Origin: Eledone cirrhosa
Lineage: Eukaryota
Direction: 5' to 3'
Assembly (NCBI GenBank): GCA_964016885.1
Contig: OZ024740.1
Coordinates: forward strand, 301,506,001-301,570,000
Length of the DNA stretch: 64,000 nt
Shown piece after piece: positions 13,240-27,497 of this stretch. Both the position numbers and the translations under genes were made by a program. Position 1 is the first letter of the stretch, and the number at the start of each line of letters is the position of its first letter. A model generated the notes under the pieces. That model did no database searches and was not told where the DNA came from. It was given only the letters and a program-made list of their open reading frames with translations.

Positions 13240-13660
13240 GGAGGTGAGTTTTATTGTAGTACAATAAAGCAATGCAGATATCGGATAAGAAGCACTCTAC
13301 AGTTTGTGGGACTGGAGTATGCATAATATAAGATCAAAAGATGGTTAAAGGAGTTCAATATATTTTATTATGCGCATTTCAAAAACAAACATCATCAAAC
13401 AATAATATTTGTGTTTTCATCAGATAAAACAGGAGAACATGATATGAAGGCTAAAAAAACACTTGTTGATAGTGCAGTTTTAAATCAACATATGTTGATT
13501 TAAAACTGCACTATCAACAAGTGTTTTTTTAGCCTTCATATCATGTTCTCCTGTTTTATCTGATGAAAACACAAATATTATTGTTTGATGATGTTTGTTT
13601 TTGAAATGCGCATAATAAAATATATTGAACTCCTTTAACCATCTTTTGATCTTATATTAT
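13236..13660. mobile_element. spacer-less palindromic PLE derivative (~168-bp arms, centre 13491/13492) plus tail
   Basis: ~13324-13491 is the near-perfect reverse complement of 13492-13660; tail 13236-13323; (TA)n flanks. Confidence 0.85.
13554..13620 (+). ncRNA. type-I hammerhead ribozyme with long stem II (mirror copy on minus strand)
   Basis: ttttat-CTGATGA-aaacacaaatattattgtttgatgatgtttgttttt-GAAATGCGC-ATA^ataaaa. Confidence 0.7.
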
Positions 13661-14149
13661 ATATATATATATATATTTGTTTATATATGTTTTATGTGTA
13701 TTAGGTGTATACGTTCGTATGTGCACGGGTACAGGCGTTGCGTGGGTTTTATATGTGTGCGCGTGTTTTTGTGTACGTGCCTGTATTTGCATACCCATGG
13801 CGGGTGTTTTCGCGTATGCATGTGTATGTATGCGTGCATGTATATAATTAATTATTGTTGATTTCAATAACCTCTGTAATTTATTTACATTTTTCTTAAC
13901 TCTGAACCCAAGGATCATTCAGTTTCCTAAATAGAATTTTAATCTACGACTTCATTTATACCATAAACGTGGTTTTGTCTTTGCATGTAATTGTTCTCAC
14001 CGCTCCAAATAATGACGTAATATCTTCGTTTTTATCCGTTCTTTGTCAGGGAACGTCTCCACCAACCAAAGTATCGCCTTCCTGTCTTCATTCGGTTGCA
14101 ACGTTTTTAGAAATATTTACTTCTGCGTTCACAAATTTATTTTTTTAGT

Positions 14150-14301
14150 TTCAGAAGATCCCGTTAAGGGTGAAAGCACCGATTGTGTGCTTAAACTTTA
14201 ATCTGTTATTTTAATAAATATTTGCTCCACGGTTCTTATATATTTGATATATATTTATCCTTATCGAGCCCTCTTTGGATTTTAGTCTTCAAATTTATTA
14301 T

Positions 14302-14305
<4 letters not shown>
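14150..14305 (+). mobile_element. single-arm PLE fragment, family F
   Basis: reverse-complement homolog of ~10860-11015. Confidence 0.6.
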
Positions 14306-14390
<85 letters not shown>

Positions 14391-14394
14391 TATT

Positions 14395-14605
14395 AGAAAG
14401 TGAGGTTTTTCTTACAAATTGAAAAATAACTGAGGTGTCCTACACGAGTGAAAGTATAAAGAAAAAGAGATGAAATCGAAAATGCAGCTAGAGTCTTATT
14501 TTTTTAAAAAATATATATATTTATTTGGTTCCTTTACCGGTTTCGCAGTTCTTCTGCTTTTCAAAAGGTGAGTTGAGATGGAGGGTCTGTGGTTTTTCTC
14601 ACATT
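14395..14605 (-). mobile_element. PLE pseudo-LTR fragment, family G, with U3-A8 HHR
   Basis: near-identical inverted copy at 29320-29530; minus strand cctt-TTGAAAA-GCAG(aagaa)CTGC-GAAACCG-GTA^aagg at 14531-14568. Confidence 0.7.
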
Positions 14606-14627
14606 ATATATATATATATATATATAT

Positions 14628-15160
<533 letters not shown>

Positions 15161-15171
15161 ATATATATATA

Positions 15172-15560
15172 TATCACAGAAAAAAAGTGTGCTGCGGCGA
15201 GTACAATTTATTGGACATATTACAATCGTTTCTCTGGCGACAAGCTCGAGTGACGATCGAAGTGATGATAGAACCTGACTCTGAAAATCGCAAGGTCCTC
15301 AGATACGTCTTAATTATACGAAGCACATTTTCCTATGTCCTTTTACATCGATATCCCTTGCGATTTTCAGAGTCAGGTTCGATCATCCCATCGATCGTGC
15401 CTCGAGATGGTCGCCAGAAAAACGATTGTAATATGTCCAATCAATTCCATTTATCGCAACACTGATTCTCTTTTTTTTCTATGATATCATACTCTGCTCT
15501 ATGAGATCATCGAGTGCTCATACCACCTACCGCATACGGATGCTTTAAGCATCCAACTTC

Positions 15561-15563
<3 letters not shown>
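15172..15563 (+). mobile_element. fold-back element plus tail in (TA)n, probably PLE-derived; no clear HHR core
   Basis: arms ~15172-15294 / ~15356-15486, tail to ~15563. Confidence 0.6.
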
Positions 15564-15916
<353 letters not shown>

Positions 15917-15929
15917 AGTATATATATAT

Positions 15930-16322
15930 AGTGAACAGATAAGAAGCATGATTGGTGACGCGCGTTTCGCCAATGATCAGCTCGAGGTTCGATATGCATC
16001 GACCTTATCCGACTCTGTAATCTGCGGCTCGTCGGTCCACTTGTAATGCTAGTAGAAAATGAATACATGCTGTACGTTTTAGTCAGATTTTCATATGTTG
16101 GTCAATTACAGAGTCGGGTAAGATCTATACAGATCGAACCTTGAGCTGATCAGTGGCGAAACGCGCGTCACCAACCAATAAATGTAATGAAAACGTAACC
16201 AATCGTCCTTGTTATCTTTTCACTATAATACACTCTGTCTAGCTCTACAACTCGACACTGAAGTGAACCTAAACATCGAGTCCTCGCCCGAGTGAACCTA
16301 CAGTAACTCCAATTTACAGTCC

Positions 16323-16325
<3 letters not shown>
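15930..16325 (+). mobile_element. fold-back PLE derivative plus tail
   Basis: arms ~15951-16021 / ~16105-16175; GAAACGCGCGTC HHR 3' half in both arms; (TA)n flanks. Confidence 0.7.
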
Positions 16326-16404
<79 letters not shown>

Positions 16405-17725
16405 GAGGTAGGGCATGTGTGTGCGTTGATGTTAGAGAACTCATTTTACCAACCCCTTCCTGCAGTATAATGTTTGATAATGTGGCATCTCCTTTGTGCT
16501 CATTACATAAAAAAACTACATTCTTTATATTCTATGCAACCTATTTGGTTTCAAGACATGTAGCTATTTAATGGTCATGCATTGGTTTCATTAACACATA
16601 TCCATAATTATATACCGCAATTTCTGATGTCATCATATATGGAAATTTCTTTTTACAATTAGCTTTATATGAGAATGAACAAAAACTACGACTCGTTGTA
16701 AGTTACTGGCAACATTGCACAGGATCTTTACTGTACTGTCCCAATTATCATTATGTATTTTTGACTTTTTAACTCAACAATGATCATATGTGTATGTGAA
16801 ATTCTTTGTAAATTATCAAGGAAAATACAAATGCCATTGTAATTGTTAAAGTATAATTTTGTTTTTGTTCTATTTCCAGTAATTATACTTTATTTTCTAT
16901 ATTATCGCTAGAAAGTAAAATCATTTTCTCTGTTACAATTCTTCTTATAATAGAAGTTGTAATTGCCTTTGCGCATTCCAATTTTATTACTGGTGTTTGT
17001 TGATATTAAATAAAATGATGATACATATATGATGTTATATTATTTCAGTATTATTTATTTCCCCAAATAAACATGCACACAACTATCGTATTTTTAAGTG
17101 TTTCTAAAATATGCTTTTATGAATAGCCATGAGATAGTGTAACATTTTATATTCCAAATTACCTCCAAATTACATATGTATAAAATGCTTTAGTTCATAG
17201 GTGGTCTTTCATCACAGCATTACTCGTAATTTGTTTTTGTTAAAATGTACTTTGTTGCTGTTGTGTTTATTTTATTGTGGTATGTAGAATGTTATTATAA
17301 TATGTTTTTTAATAAACATATGAATGTGTAATGACTATTTCATTATGTCTACGCGCCGTAATTAGAGGACATCATATATTGAATCGTTTATGTTTCCTAT
17401 TCTATTTTTCTGCAACTCTTTATTATTCACAAACATCCATGTAGATATGTGTATTTACATTCGGTCAATAAGTACGAATATAACTTATGATCACGTTATA
17501 GAAAACATAGCAAATTGGGGAGGTGTGAGTCAGTGAGAAACGTACGATTGATAGACAGACAGTTAATTCACGTCAAATACATCAATAGTTATTGGTTTTA
17601 CTCTATACCAGGTGGCGTAAACAAACTGAACATACATAAGTGTATGCCCAAGCACATAGAAAAATAAATTCACACACAGACACGCATATACGTGAACATA
17701 TACACACGCATATATCCCCATACAC

Positions 17726-17812
<87 letters not shown>

Positions 17813-17831
17813 TATATTTATATATATATGT

Positions 17832-17869
<38 letters not shown>

Positions 17870-17874
<5 letters not shown>

Positions 17875-18050
17875 TGATTGCTGCAAACTCTGCTAAGAGG
17901 ATTGCAATCGCTTGTCAGATTACAGAAAATGGTGCACACGGACCTGTAACATGACCTGAACAAGCAATGCCTTTGTTTTGAAGGTTTATTCTAATTGGGA
18001 AAAGAACTTGCACTCGATCAATCTCACTCTCTGAGCATCGAAAATACTAC
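17870..18050 (+). mobile_element. family E fragment
   Basis: inverted homolog of ~6330-6510. Confidence 0.55.
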
Positions 18051-18383
18051 CCGAAAAGGAGAACTGGTCAACCTCATCGGATGCTTCCGAAGCCGCAGGT
18101 TTTTTTTCAGAGTTTCTCTCAGAAATGTGTTGTGACAACAGCTGGGGGGGGGGGGAGGCTTTTACTCCCAGGTGAAAAAGAAAGTACTATTTAGATGGTC
18201 GATGTCTCTGCTCAGATCTTCCGCCTTCGACGGATCTTGTATTTCATCACGCAGGGTGTCCACATATCCCCCTCCTCACCAAGCAAGTTTGGTCGGGTAG
18301 CCAGTTTAGTCGCCGACGACCCGACCATGAAACAGATTGTACTGGGTTACATGTTACCAATAGCATTCGAGAGCGACCTGAGA

Positions 18384-18425
<42 letters not shown>

Positions 18426-19884
18426 AGGGGCAGTAATATTCTGCCATATAACAGCCCCATTAGAGAAGTATAATTTAAAATGTTATATTATTAAGGCTAA
18501 GTATTAAGTCTCGTTACTATGGAGTTTGGCTTGAGAAGCAGGTGAAATTCCTATGTAACGAGACTCATTCTTTAACCATAACTAAATGAATATATATATA
18601 TATATAATCGTGTGGGGGGGGGCGTGTATGTGAGCACGTGTGTGTGTATGCGTGTGTGTTTATATATACACATATATCTGTATAGATTCAGAAGTCTATA
18701 TATACACTTACCCTGTGCGTATTTGCATGAGCAAATATCACAAACATTTTTAACAATTTAACATATAAAGATACAATCGAATTCAGAAAGATTGCGAGTA
18801 AAAGAGGGAGAGAAGAGGGAAAGTCTGAGCATCCCGTGATGAAGGAAGATGTTCTAATTACTAGATTTCATATAAATATTAAATTGATAATGCTATGTAT
18901 TAAAATGTTTGATCCTACTTAAAGCCACTGTCGAAATTTTCCGGTGTTTATACGAATACATGTGTGTTTGTTTCTGCCCGTATTTTACATATTTTGCATA
19001 GTACATGTGTATATAGGTGTGCACGTTTCATCGTGTTTGTTTATATTTTGAAATGCTTTATAACATCATCTATCGTTGCCCTCGGAATATGCTTTTGTGC
19101 AACTTAATATTCGTCCAAATATTTACTGCAGCATTTATTTAATTATGTTACTCTATAGCATGTATATCTTTTGTGGTATAGATATTTGATAATTGAAACA
19201 TATATTCCTACACGCATGCAAAAACATCCATACGTACGTACACCATCATAAATCCAAGTATACATATATACGTACATGTGTAATATGTTGTAATATGTTG
19301 TAATATTCAAACATATAACATGGTCATGTCGTCTACTATTTTGTGGTGAACGATTGAAATTACACGGAATACGTCAAAACATTATATATATAAATATAGT
19401 CATCTGCCCAATATATCTATGAATGAAGGCACATATACTATGACTTTGGCATTTGTAAAACATGGCAAATTATTAAGGAATCGAAGTTCTTAAACACAGA
19501 CTAAACTTATTTATTTATGTAATACCATACATAATAATTTTATTGTAGATGATATTCACTCTATGCTAGAAAACAATTATTCGGTCCATGAATTGGACGT
19601 CTGTTATGATAATAGTTGTTATGTTAAGTTCGGTCGCTGATGTCAGTGACAAAATGAGCAATATTTAAGTTATAGGTAAAGGGGAACTTGGGTGCTCGAA
19701 GTGAACATCGTATAGCATCTACAGCACGGAGGCAGGATTAGACTGGTATAGAGGCGTGAATTGTTAATAAACTTGTATATAGGTAAAGATGTTGATAGGT
19801 ACATATTCATGCCGGTAGAAAAGCGGCGGATAATTTCTTAATGAAAATGAACATTTTATTTACAGTAATATTAATAATAATAAT

Positions 19885-20030
19885 ATTTGTTTCTACTTTT
19901 GGCACAAGGCCAGCAATTATCCCAGTGCATAACCTAAATATCTAAAACAGAGAATGTTTGTATGTGTGACTCCCTAAAACTCGAGAACGACCCAACCGAC
20001 TTGTTCAAACTTTACGAGCATCCTGATATT
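19885..20030. mobile_element. family S SINE 3' fragment (minus, ~19885-19931) abutting a Helitron 5'-end fragment (plus, ~19936-20030)
   Basis: tttctacttttggcacaaggccagcaatt matches the SINE tail; tatctaaaacagagaatg...taaaactcgagaac...ccaaccga matches 53962-54050. Confidence 0.6.
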
Positions 20031-20149
20031 ATTTGGGAAATTTACAAGAAACTCACCTGTCTCAAATAATTTATGATATATAACCTATTTCTCTAGTCTT
20101 TAAATCACAATCTTTGTAATATATATCAATAAGCATATAAAATATTATG

Positions 20150-21595
20150 AAAGTACACCTATAGTCTAAGTCAGATGAATTAATTACTTTTGGATATAGA
20201 TTTTAAATGCCTTAAATAGAGAAGTTATTATCTGGTTGACTCGTGTGTACCGGGTGAAAAGGATCTCTGGAAAGGCACCCAAGAAATGGCTGTCGGGAAT
20301 GATAATTTCAATTATTAAAACTGGAGACACGAGAGATTGTTCCAATTACAGAGGAGTCTCTTTGTTAAGCCTCCCCGGTAACGTCTATGCTGATGTGACT
20401 GCGGTTTTCGCCCCGGATGCAGCACAGATGACCAAATAGTTACACTGCGGTAAGTCTTCGTGAAATCGTGGGAGTATCGCGAAGAGTTGTATCCTTGTAT
20501 TGGTGAACTTGAGAAGGCACATGACCGCCTTCCTCGGGACCTGTTGTGGATGGTTATGCGATCGATGATCAATTTCCTGCTGCACTGATGTTTCTATACG
20601 AATTTCATGACTATTTGTGTTCGTATAAATGCTGATAAATCAAAACTATTCAATGTGGGAGTCGGACTAGGTCAAGGATCCGTATCTCTTCTGCTAGTGA
20701 GTTCTGTGAACAGGAATGGCATTCACAGCCGGGCTGGAAGCGGTGTCATAATTGGCACGCGTAAATTCAGTCAGCTGGAATTTGCAGACGACATGATGTC
20801 ACTTAACTCGACAGAAGGTGATCACCAACATACACACGATAGGTTTAACGCCGATTGATGCATAGTTGGAATGAAAATTAGTGCTGTGTAAACACTCGTT
20901 CTCTCGTGAAAGCCTGCGAAGTGCACTCTACAAGTGAATGGAGTTCCACTGAAACAGGTAGAGAATCTCAAGTATCGTGGGACCGTGTGGATGAGAGATG
21001 GATCTTGTTAATGAAGTAAGTATAGAAGCTGATGCAGCAATACGCCAACGGCATCATTTGCTTATCAGACGAGGGGGGGGGGGAACGTAAAAGGTAAACT
21101 CGCTATCTTCATTTCGTTATTTGTGCCAACCTTTACGTATGGTCATCAATATTGGAAACTTTACGTATGGTCATCAATATTGGTTAATGATAAAAATAAT
21201 ACAAGCGAACGAAATGGGTTTCACCCGAAGAATGGTTGGGGTAACGTTATGCGATAGAGAGTATAGCACGGGGATCAGAGATACACTGTCGATAGAGATG
21301 CAACGTCTCCGAATTGAGTGATCACTGCTTTGATACTATAGACCTGTGGCTAGAAAGTTTCAGGATAGAACAACTGCAGAGATTTTATGGGCAAAGCTGA
21401 CCGGCTGGAGACCCTGAAGTAGAGTCCGATCAAGATGGTTGTATAATATTCATAAGCTGAGCTCGTCTTTCTTGGTGTTCCAGCCGGATCGTTTGCAAAT
21501 GTTTGCATCTGACAGGATCCGCTGGTTGTAGTATCTGAGGACTCTGCTACCACAACCCACTCAGAAATATGTGGGCGACGAAGAAGAAGAAGAAC
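20150..21595 (+). pseudogene. 5'-truncated, frameshifted RTE-clade LINE (RT and 3' end)
   Basis: CSNYRGVSLLSLPG, GVGLGQG, LEFADD, TYGHQYW..IQANEMGFTRRMVGVT motifs; ends in (GAA)n. Confidence 0.85.
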
Positions 21596-21824
21596 TGAAT
21601 AATGTATTAAATGTCCAACAGACTATAATACATCTAACAATACTAGCCTTGACTGCAGGCATGCGATGTCAAATATAGTTAAGAATTAAACCAATTTTAA
21701 ATAAGTAATTCATGACATTTTACAAAACTAAACCAATATAAGCTGAGCTTATGTTGGTGAAATATTAAACAACTAAAATTTTAATGAGTCTTTCTATCTC
21801 GAAGATTTAGATGGCTAACAATAA

Positions 21825-22030
21825 TAATGGTTTCTTATATACGCACAAGGCCAGCAATTTTGGGGGGAGAATAAAGTCGGTTAAATCGACCCCAGTGGTG
21901 AATGCTACTTTATTTTTATCGACCCCGTAAGGATGAAAAGCAAAGTCAACCTCAGCGGGATGTGAACTCAGGTCATAAAGGGCCGTAACTCTGTGTCCGA
22001 CCCTCTGCTGATACTGCCAATCACCGCCCG
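21825..22030 (-). mobile_element. SINE family S, diverged longer variant
   Basis: tttatcgaccccgtaaggatgaaaagcaaagtcaacctc core in reverse. Confidence 0.8.
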
Positions 22031-22104
22031 CATGGCTGAAAATAATAATGAAATGCAGAAGAGGTAGTATAATTTCAGAGATTACTGTTGAATGCTGTGC
22101 AACC

Positions 22105-22183
22105 TTCTTCTTCTTCTTCTTCTTCTTCTTCTTCTTCTTCTTCTTCTTCTTCTTCATCTTCTTCTTCTTCTTCTTCTTCTTCT
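22105..22183. repeat. (CTT)n microsatellite, possibly the (GAA)n tail of a minus-strand retroelement 3' end (22184-~22320)
   Basis: about 26 CTT units with one CAT interruption, followed by a GC-richer segment. Confidence 0.8.
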
Positions 22184-23804
22184 TTGTGGAGACAAAGCCC
22201 TAAACACTCTTTCCAGTGGGTCGGGCCAGAAGCAACGAAGTAACCGTTTCCAGTTACTCCAGTACTGTAGATTTCGTCACTCCGATACTGTAGATTTGGA
22301 TGGATGATGGAAACTCCACTATTTAGTTGTGCTCAGTAATCTAAAGAACACAACTCTCAAATGGCTACTTCTTAGAAAAGGAGTGTATCTTTTTCTCGAC
22401 AATAGTTATCACAGAATTCCACTTAATATCATTGCAAGCTTATCATATAAATAACTCATGTATTTTAAGGAAGAATATGATACTTTTACTTAATTTCTTT
22501 TACTTATTATTATGCCTTCGAAAGTAAAAGTGTTTTGTCATAGACGAAAGTATGTAGGATGCAGAATTTATACGCGCATGGTTTAGAAATCAGCCACATG
22601 TCGAATTGTTCAGTTTCAAGTAGATAGTGAGATGAGAATTCTTGTCTCTAAGCAGATTAACATGCATGTATCTCATTAAATTGTTTACAGTTTTCCTGTA
22701 TATATTAATCTTACAATCTGAAGCCACATTGATTATATCTGTCGAACGGTTCAGACGATGCCTAGGTTAATATGAAATACAATTCTATTATTCTTAGTTT
22801 ATTTTGTACTCATTTGTATCACTCTAAATACATGCAGTCGAATTTCCTAAATAACAATAAATATTTCTGTACATCTGAGATTGTATGCAAATATTTTAAG
22901 AGTTTAGATATTTTTATACTTTACTTTTGTCACACAGTGTAAATCCATCCATAAATTGTGTAAAACAATATTTTACGCTTATAAACAAAATTAATTAATG
23001 ACAGCAAATTTGTTCCTTTATGTGAAAACATTCAAATACAATTACCCTCATAAATATTTAATATTCTGATTATGCGTAAAATGCCGTGTTTTTGCATCAA
23101 ATATTTGAGCCACTCAATGAATTATTAAGGTACTGTTCATGTTTACTTAATCTGCAAAATGAATGCAGATCCCTGTAAAAGGAAAAAAAAACAAAAAAAA
23201 AAACAATCGTGAGATAAATGGTCAGAACTAAAAATATATTTAATCAGTCATATATTCAATCACCAAAATATTTCATTCTAAAACACAACGACAACATAGT
23301 ATTTAATTTGTTTCAGTTCAACTGTTTAAGTAAATGATATAAAAAAAAGATTTTAAGGTAATTAAAGAGAATGAGCTCAAAACGAAAGCTGAGATATATA
23401 CTGACATGTATATTATATCGATTGCGTATTCATGAATTCATAAGGATAAGGGCAAATGCAAAATAAAGGCGAGGTAAACATTTTAACGCACGTATTTTTA
23501 ACTAAACGAGTAATTAAAGTATCTGAAAAGAAAATAGAACTAAAGAAGAACACCAGATCAATAGATAAAGGAACTAAAGTAGCCGATAAAGAGAAAAATA
23601 TTTAATCAGAACAGTTAACATTCTGTAATTGTTAAAGTTGCTTGATCTTATCTATACACGCACATTGTGTAATGAGATAATCTGTTGTAGAGATATTAAT
23701 ATCGATTTTGGAAGACTCTTTGAGGTAATAACTCATATAAAACTGACAAAAGCAAAACATAGTACCAGATTTCAATGTTCACGGAGACAAAGGAATAAAC
23801 CAAC

Positions 23805-23864
<60 letters not shown>

Positions 23865-23953
23865 GTGTGTGTGTTTGGGCTATACGGGTGTATTTAGGTG
23901 CTTATGTGCAGTGTTTAATATATCGTGTTTGTGTGAGTGCGCCTGTGTGTGCC

Positions 23954-23986
<33 letters not shown>

Positions 23987-24415
23987 TGTGCCTCTGAGTG
24001 TGTGCGTATTATTGTGTGTGTGTGGTGCAAAATTGAAATAATATTTCATGCACAACACCAATCGGAAACAAAAGGAATCTACTAAAAGAGTACACAGGCC
24101 TCTTAGACATGGACAAAATACAGCAGACGCCAGTGCGGTGGTTTGTCAGTGAAACACTTTGAGCTTTTCTTCTCAGGGGGTATCTTTTCACGCAGGTGTG
24201 CGTCGAACTGTGAATAAGTGACTGCATCTGTAGGCACACCATCGTGTGTTTGCCTGATCATGAGACTGCACGTTTATGTTTGGCATATACCGGTGTATTT
24301 AGGTGCTTATGTGCAGTTTGATTAGTAGGTGAGTGTATGTATATTGTACGTGAGACTGTGTTTATGCACGCGAACAAAGGCAAACTACTTACACAGATAC
24401 ATTATTGCTAAGATG

Positions 24416-24601
24416 GCCAGTGGATTGGCAGTATCGGTAGAGGGTCGGATGCCATGCTTTGACGCATAGAGTTACGGCCCTTGCCATTCCGAGTTCAAAT
24501 CCCGCCGAGGTTAACTTTGCCTTTCATCCTTATGGGGTCGATAAAATAAAGTACCAGTAATACACTGGGTAATTGCTGGCCTTGTGCCAAAAGTAGAAAC
24601 A
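24416..24601 (+). mobile_element. SINE family S with 15-bp TSD
   Basis: attattgctaagatg at 24401-24415 and 24602-24616. Confidence 0.9.
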
Positions 24602-24945
24602 ATTATTGCTAAGATGAACACACAGGTTTGAATCACACTCGATCAGAACGCACAAACACAGCGCTATCCAGTAATCTTACATGTGTAGGCGCACATATCT
24701 ACACAGGCACGCACACACACACCCACACACACAAACACACCTACACATATACACACACGCACACACTTGAGGCGAATCCACCATACAACATAACCTCCAC
24801 ACCATAATTCTTTGCTCTGAAATTTCCAATCTAGCGACTCACTTAAAATGTTCACTCTTTAAATGTTCTCTTCTACTGTGATTATATCCTAATTTTTGAA
24901 GAATCAGTGGAGACTTCTCTGGAATCTACCGGTAATGAGATTTAA

Positions 24946-25269
24946 TATTTCTCAGCAATATGTTACCACGGCATAACCCTCTTTTTGAGCGGAAAATATT
25001 TCTCCATTTCATATAATATATACAAATATTCTCAGCAATATGTTACCACGGCATAACCCTCTTTTTGAGCGGAAAATATTTCTCCATTTCATATAATATA
25101 TACAAATATTCTCAGCAATATGTTACCACGGCATAACCCTCTTTTTGAGCGGAAAATATTTCTCCATTTCATATAATATATACAAATATTCTCAGCAATA
25201 TGTTACCACGGCATAACCCTCTTTTTGAGCGGAAAATATTTCTCCATTTCATATAATATATACAAATAT
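24946..25269. repeat. tandem array, 80-bp unit x4
   Basis: tgttaccacggcataaccc recurs at 24961, 25041, 25121 and 25201; units look identical. Confidence 0.95.
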
Positions 25270-25479
25270 CATCACAAATTGCAGCTGAATAGTTCGAATC
25301 CCTGTTAAGCTGCTTTTCCATTTCATGGAGGATTATAAAATTGTCGAGTTAATAGGCCAAAGGTATTGTTTCGAATTGAATAACAATGATGTTTTTCATA
25401 GAGCTGGCAGGGTGAATGATGCTAATAAAATTATGCGTTTTATGTGAAGTAGTGTAGTCACATATATACAATTTCTGTC

Positions 25480-25710
25480 TGTTCTGAAAAATCTGTCCTG
25501 CCGTTCTTTCCTGAGACCTACCAAAGTATCTGTAGTATCGGAGCTGTGATCTCTCAATTCGGAGAAATTGCGGCTCTATCTGGTGTAAGTCTCTGAACCG
25601 CGAGCTACGCACTGTATCGAGTAAAGTTATTCCAGAGACTCTTTGGAGAATCCCCGATTTGGCCGCTTGTATTCTCCACCGTATTTTGTAAAAATGAATG
25701 ACGACATTAT
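25480..25710 (-). pseudogene. RTE LINE C-terminal fragment
   Basis: LRIERSQLRYYRYFGRSQER resembles the RTE RxQLRWxGH region and the 21250-21400 segment. Confidence 0.6.
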
Positions 25711-27309
25711 CAAACTTTTCAGTAATTAAGTTGAGACATGTTCTAATGATTTGCGATATTAATTACTGGAATTCTGGAATACATTTTACAATAGGGAGTA
25801 TGGAATCTAATGTAGTTTACTTGATTATGCATTTATCTGATTTACACGCTTGAACAATCATGTAGTAGTATGGTCCAAATAGTTACATTTAAGATATATT
25901 AATGAAATAATAACGTGTTATGCATCTGAATATATACTATATCATCCATTACTGCCACAATAGCTATTTTCCCAGCTTTATTAATATTATTTGAATTAGA
26001 ATAACGCGATAATTTAAAGTTCAGAAACAGAATAAATGTGGAGTTTATAGTATGAATTATCAATAATTATTTGCAAGCACACATAAGTGTTTAATCGCAA
26101 AGAAAATACTCAAATGTACGTTTATGTTTTGTTACAATATTTATATTGTATATGAGATTCCCTGCACAAGCACCGAGTCCAGGACTCATATAATAGGTGT
26201 TCATGACAGAAATTGTTTGCTACAGTAGAAACAATGAGATGACGCAGTGGCACAAAAGAGACCTTATAGATGCTGGAATTATTCCCGACGTCATAATTCA
26301 GAAATAACATAAAAGTAGATAAGAAATAAGAATATATATTTATATATAGAAAGGGAATGAGTTGGAAATAGCCGTGACATAAATTCAGTTGAACCTTTGT
26401 GGGAAGAACAAGTTTGTTTACCGGTAACTATTTAATTCAAATGGATTGTCGCAGGCTCCTATTGACGTTGGGATTAATGAATGTTACAGGAATATTGCCA
26501 TTATCTTTTATTCAGCATGCTTCTTGTTTTTCATGTGCTCTTAAAAGTCAAATGGTAAAGAGAACATATCAGAATATAATGAAATAGATGTCTGAAAACT
26601 CGTCTTCAAATAAATTGATATATTAAAGTGAGTATTAAATTCTACTTTAGTTTTATAAGATATCATATTCATATTTTTTTAGAAATTATATAGTGTTCTT
26701 AAACATTTAGCTAGGATTGTGTGATAAGCACAGAGAAACAACATTATAACTAGAACTGCTGTACAAAACACAAAATAACTCAGTAAAATGCAAATATCAT
26801 TCAAATATTTCAGATCAGTTCTATGTAAATGTAATAAATTGTTACCAAGAAACTAAATGAAACTAAAGTAAAATAAAATATTATCTGAACATTAAAATCA
26901 TAATGCATAAAACTGATAAGAACAATGTGTATATATATATATATATATATATCATAATTAAATAAATATCGGAAAACAGTAAAGAAAAACAACAGCCGTA
27001 TCAGAATTCAAATGGATAACATTGTACAAGTTACGGTTTAGTTAAAGAATACTATTTGGCACTGAAAATGCAAAAATAGGCAATATTTATTTAGAATTCA
27101 TTAAAGAATACAACCCAAGGTACATCGTTGAACCACAATAATTCACAGACACACTATCTTAATTCAACGTGCAATCCTCAATCGGAAGATATTTTAGAGA
27201 TTTTACAAGAGCGGAAAAACTTAATATCATTTTCAAAATACCAATTTCCACATATCGCAAATATGTATTAATATACAGTGATAAAATCACTCAATGTATT
27301 AAGAATCAC

Positions 27310-27497
27310 AATTGTTTCTACTTTAGGTACAAGGCCAGCAATTACCCAGTGCATTACTGGTACTTTATTTTATCGACCCCGTAAGGATGAAAGGCAAAGT
27401 CAACCTCGGCGGGATTTGAACTCAGATCGTAAAGGGACGTAACTATGCTTGAAAGCATGGCGTCCGACCCTCTACCGATACTGCCAATCCACCGCCC
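27310..27497 (-). mobile_element. SINE family S with ~10-bp TSD
   Basis: full-length copy; tattaagaat at 27297-27306 and 27499-27508. Confidence 0.9.

Noticed and set aside
13324-13660. MITE interpretation of the palindromes
   Set aside because: Asymmetric tails, variable centres within a family, HHR motifs and linkage to GIY-YIG point to a PLE origin
18250-18340. HDV-like ribozyme
   Set aside because: A cctcctc loop-like motif is present but P1/P2/P3 pairings could not be assembled
24946-25269. Possible CRISPR array
   Set aside because: Units are contiguous and identical with no unique spacers; eukaryotic context and no cas genes
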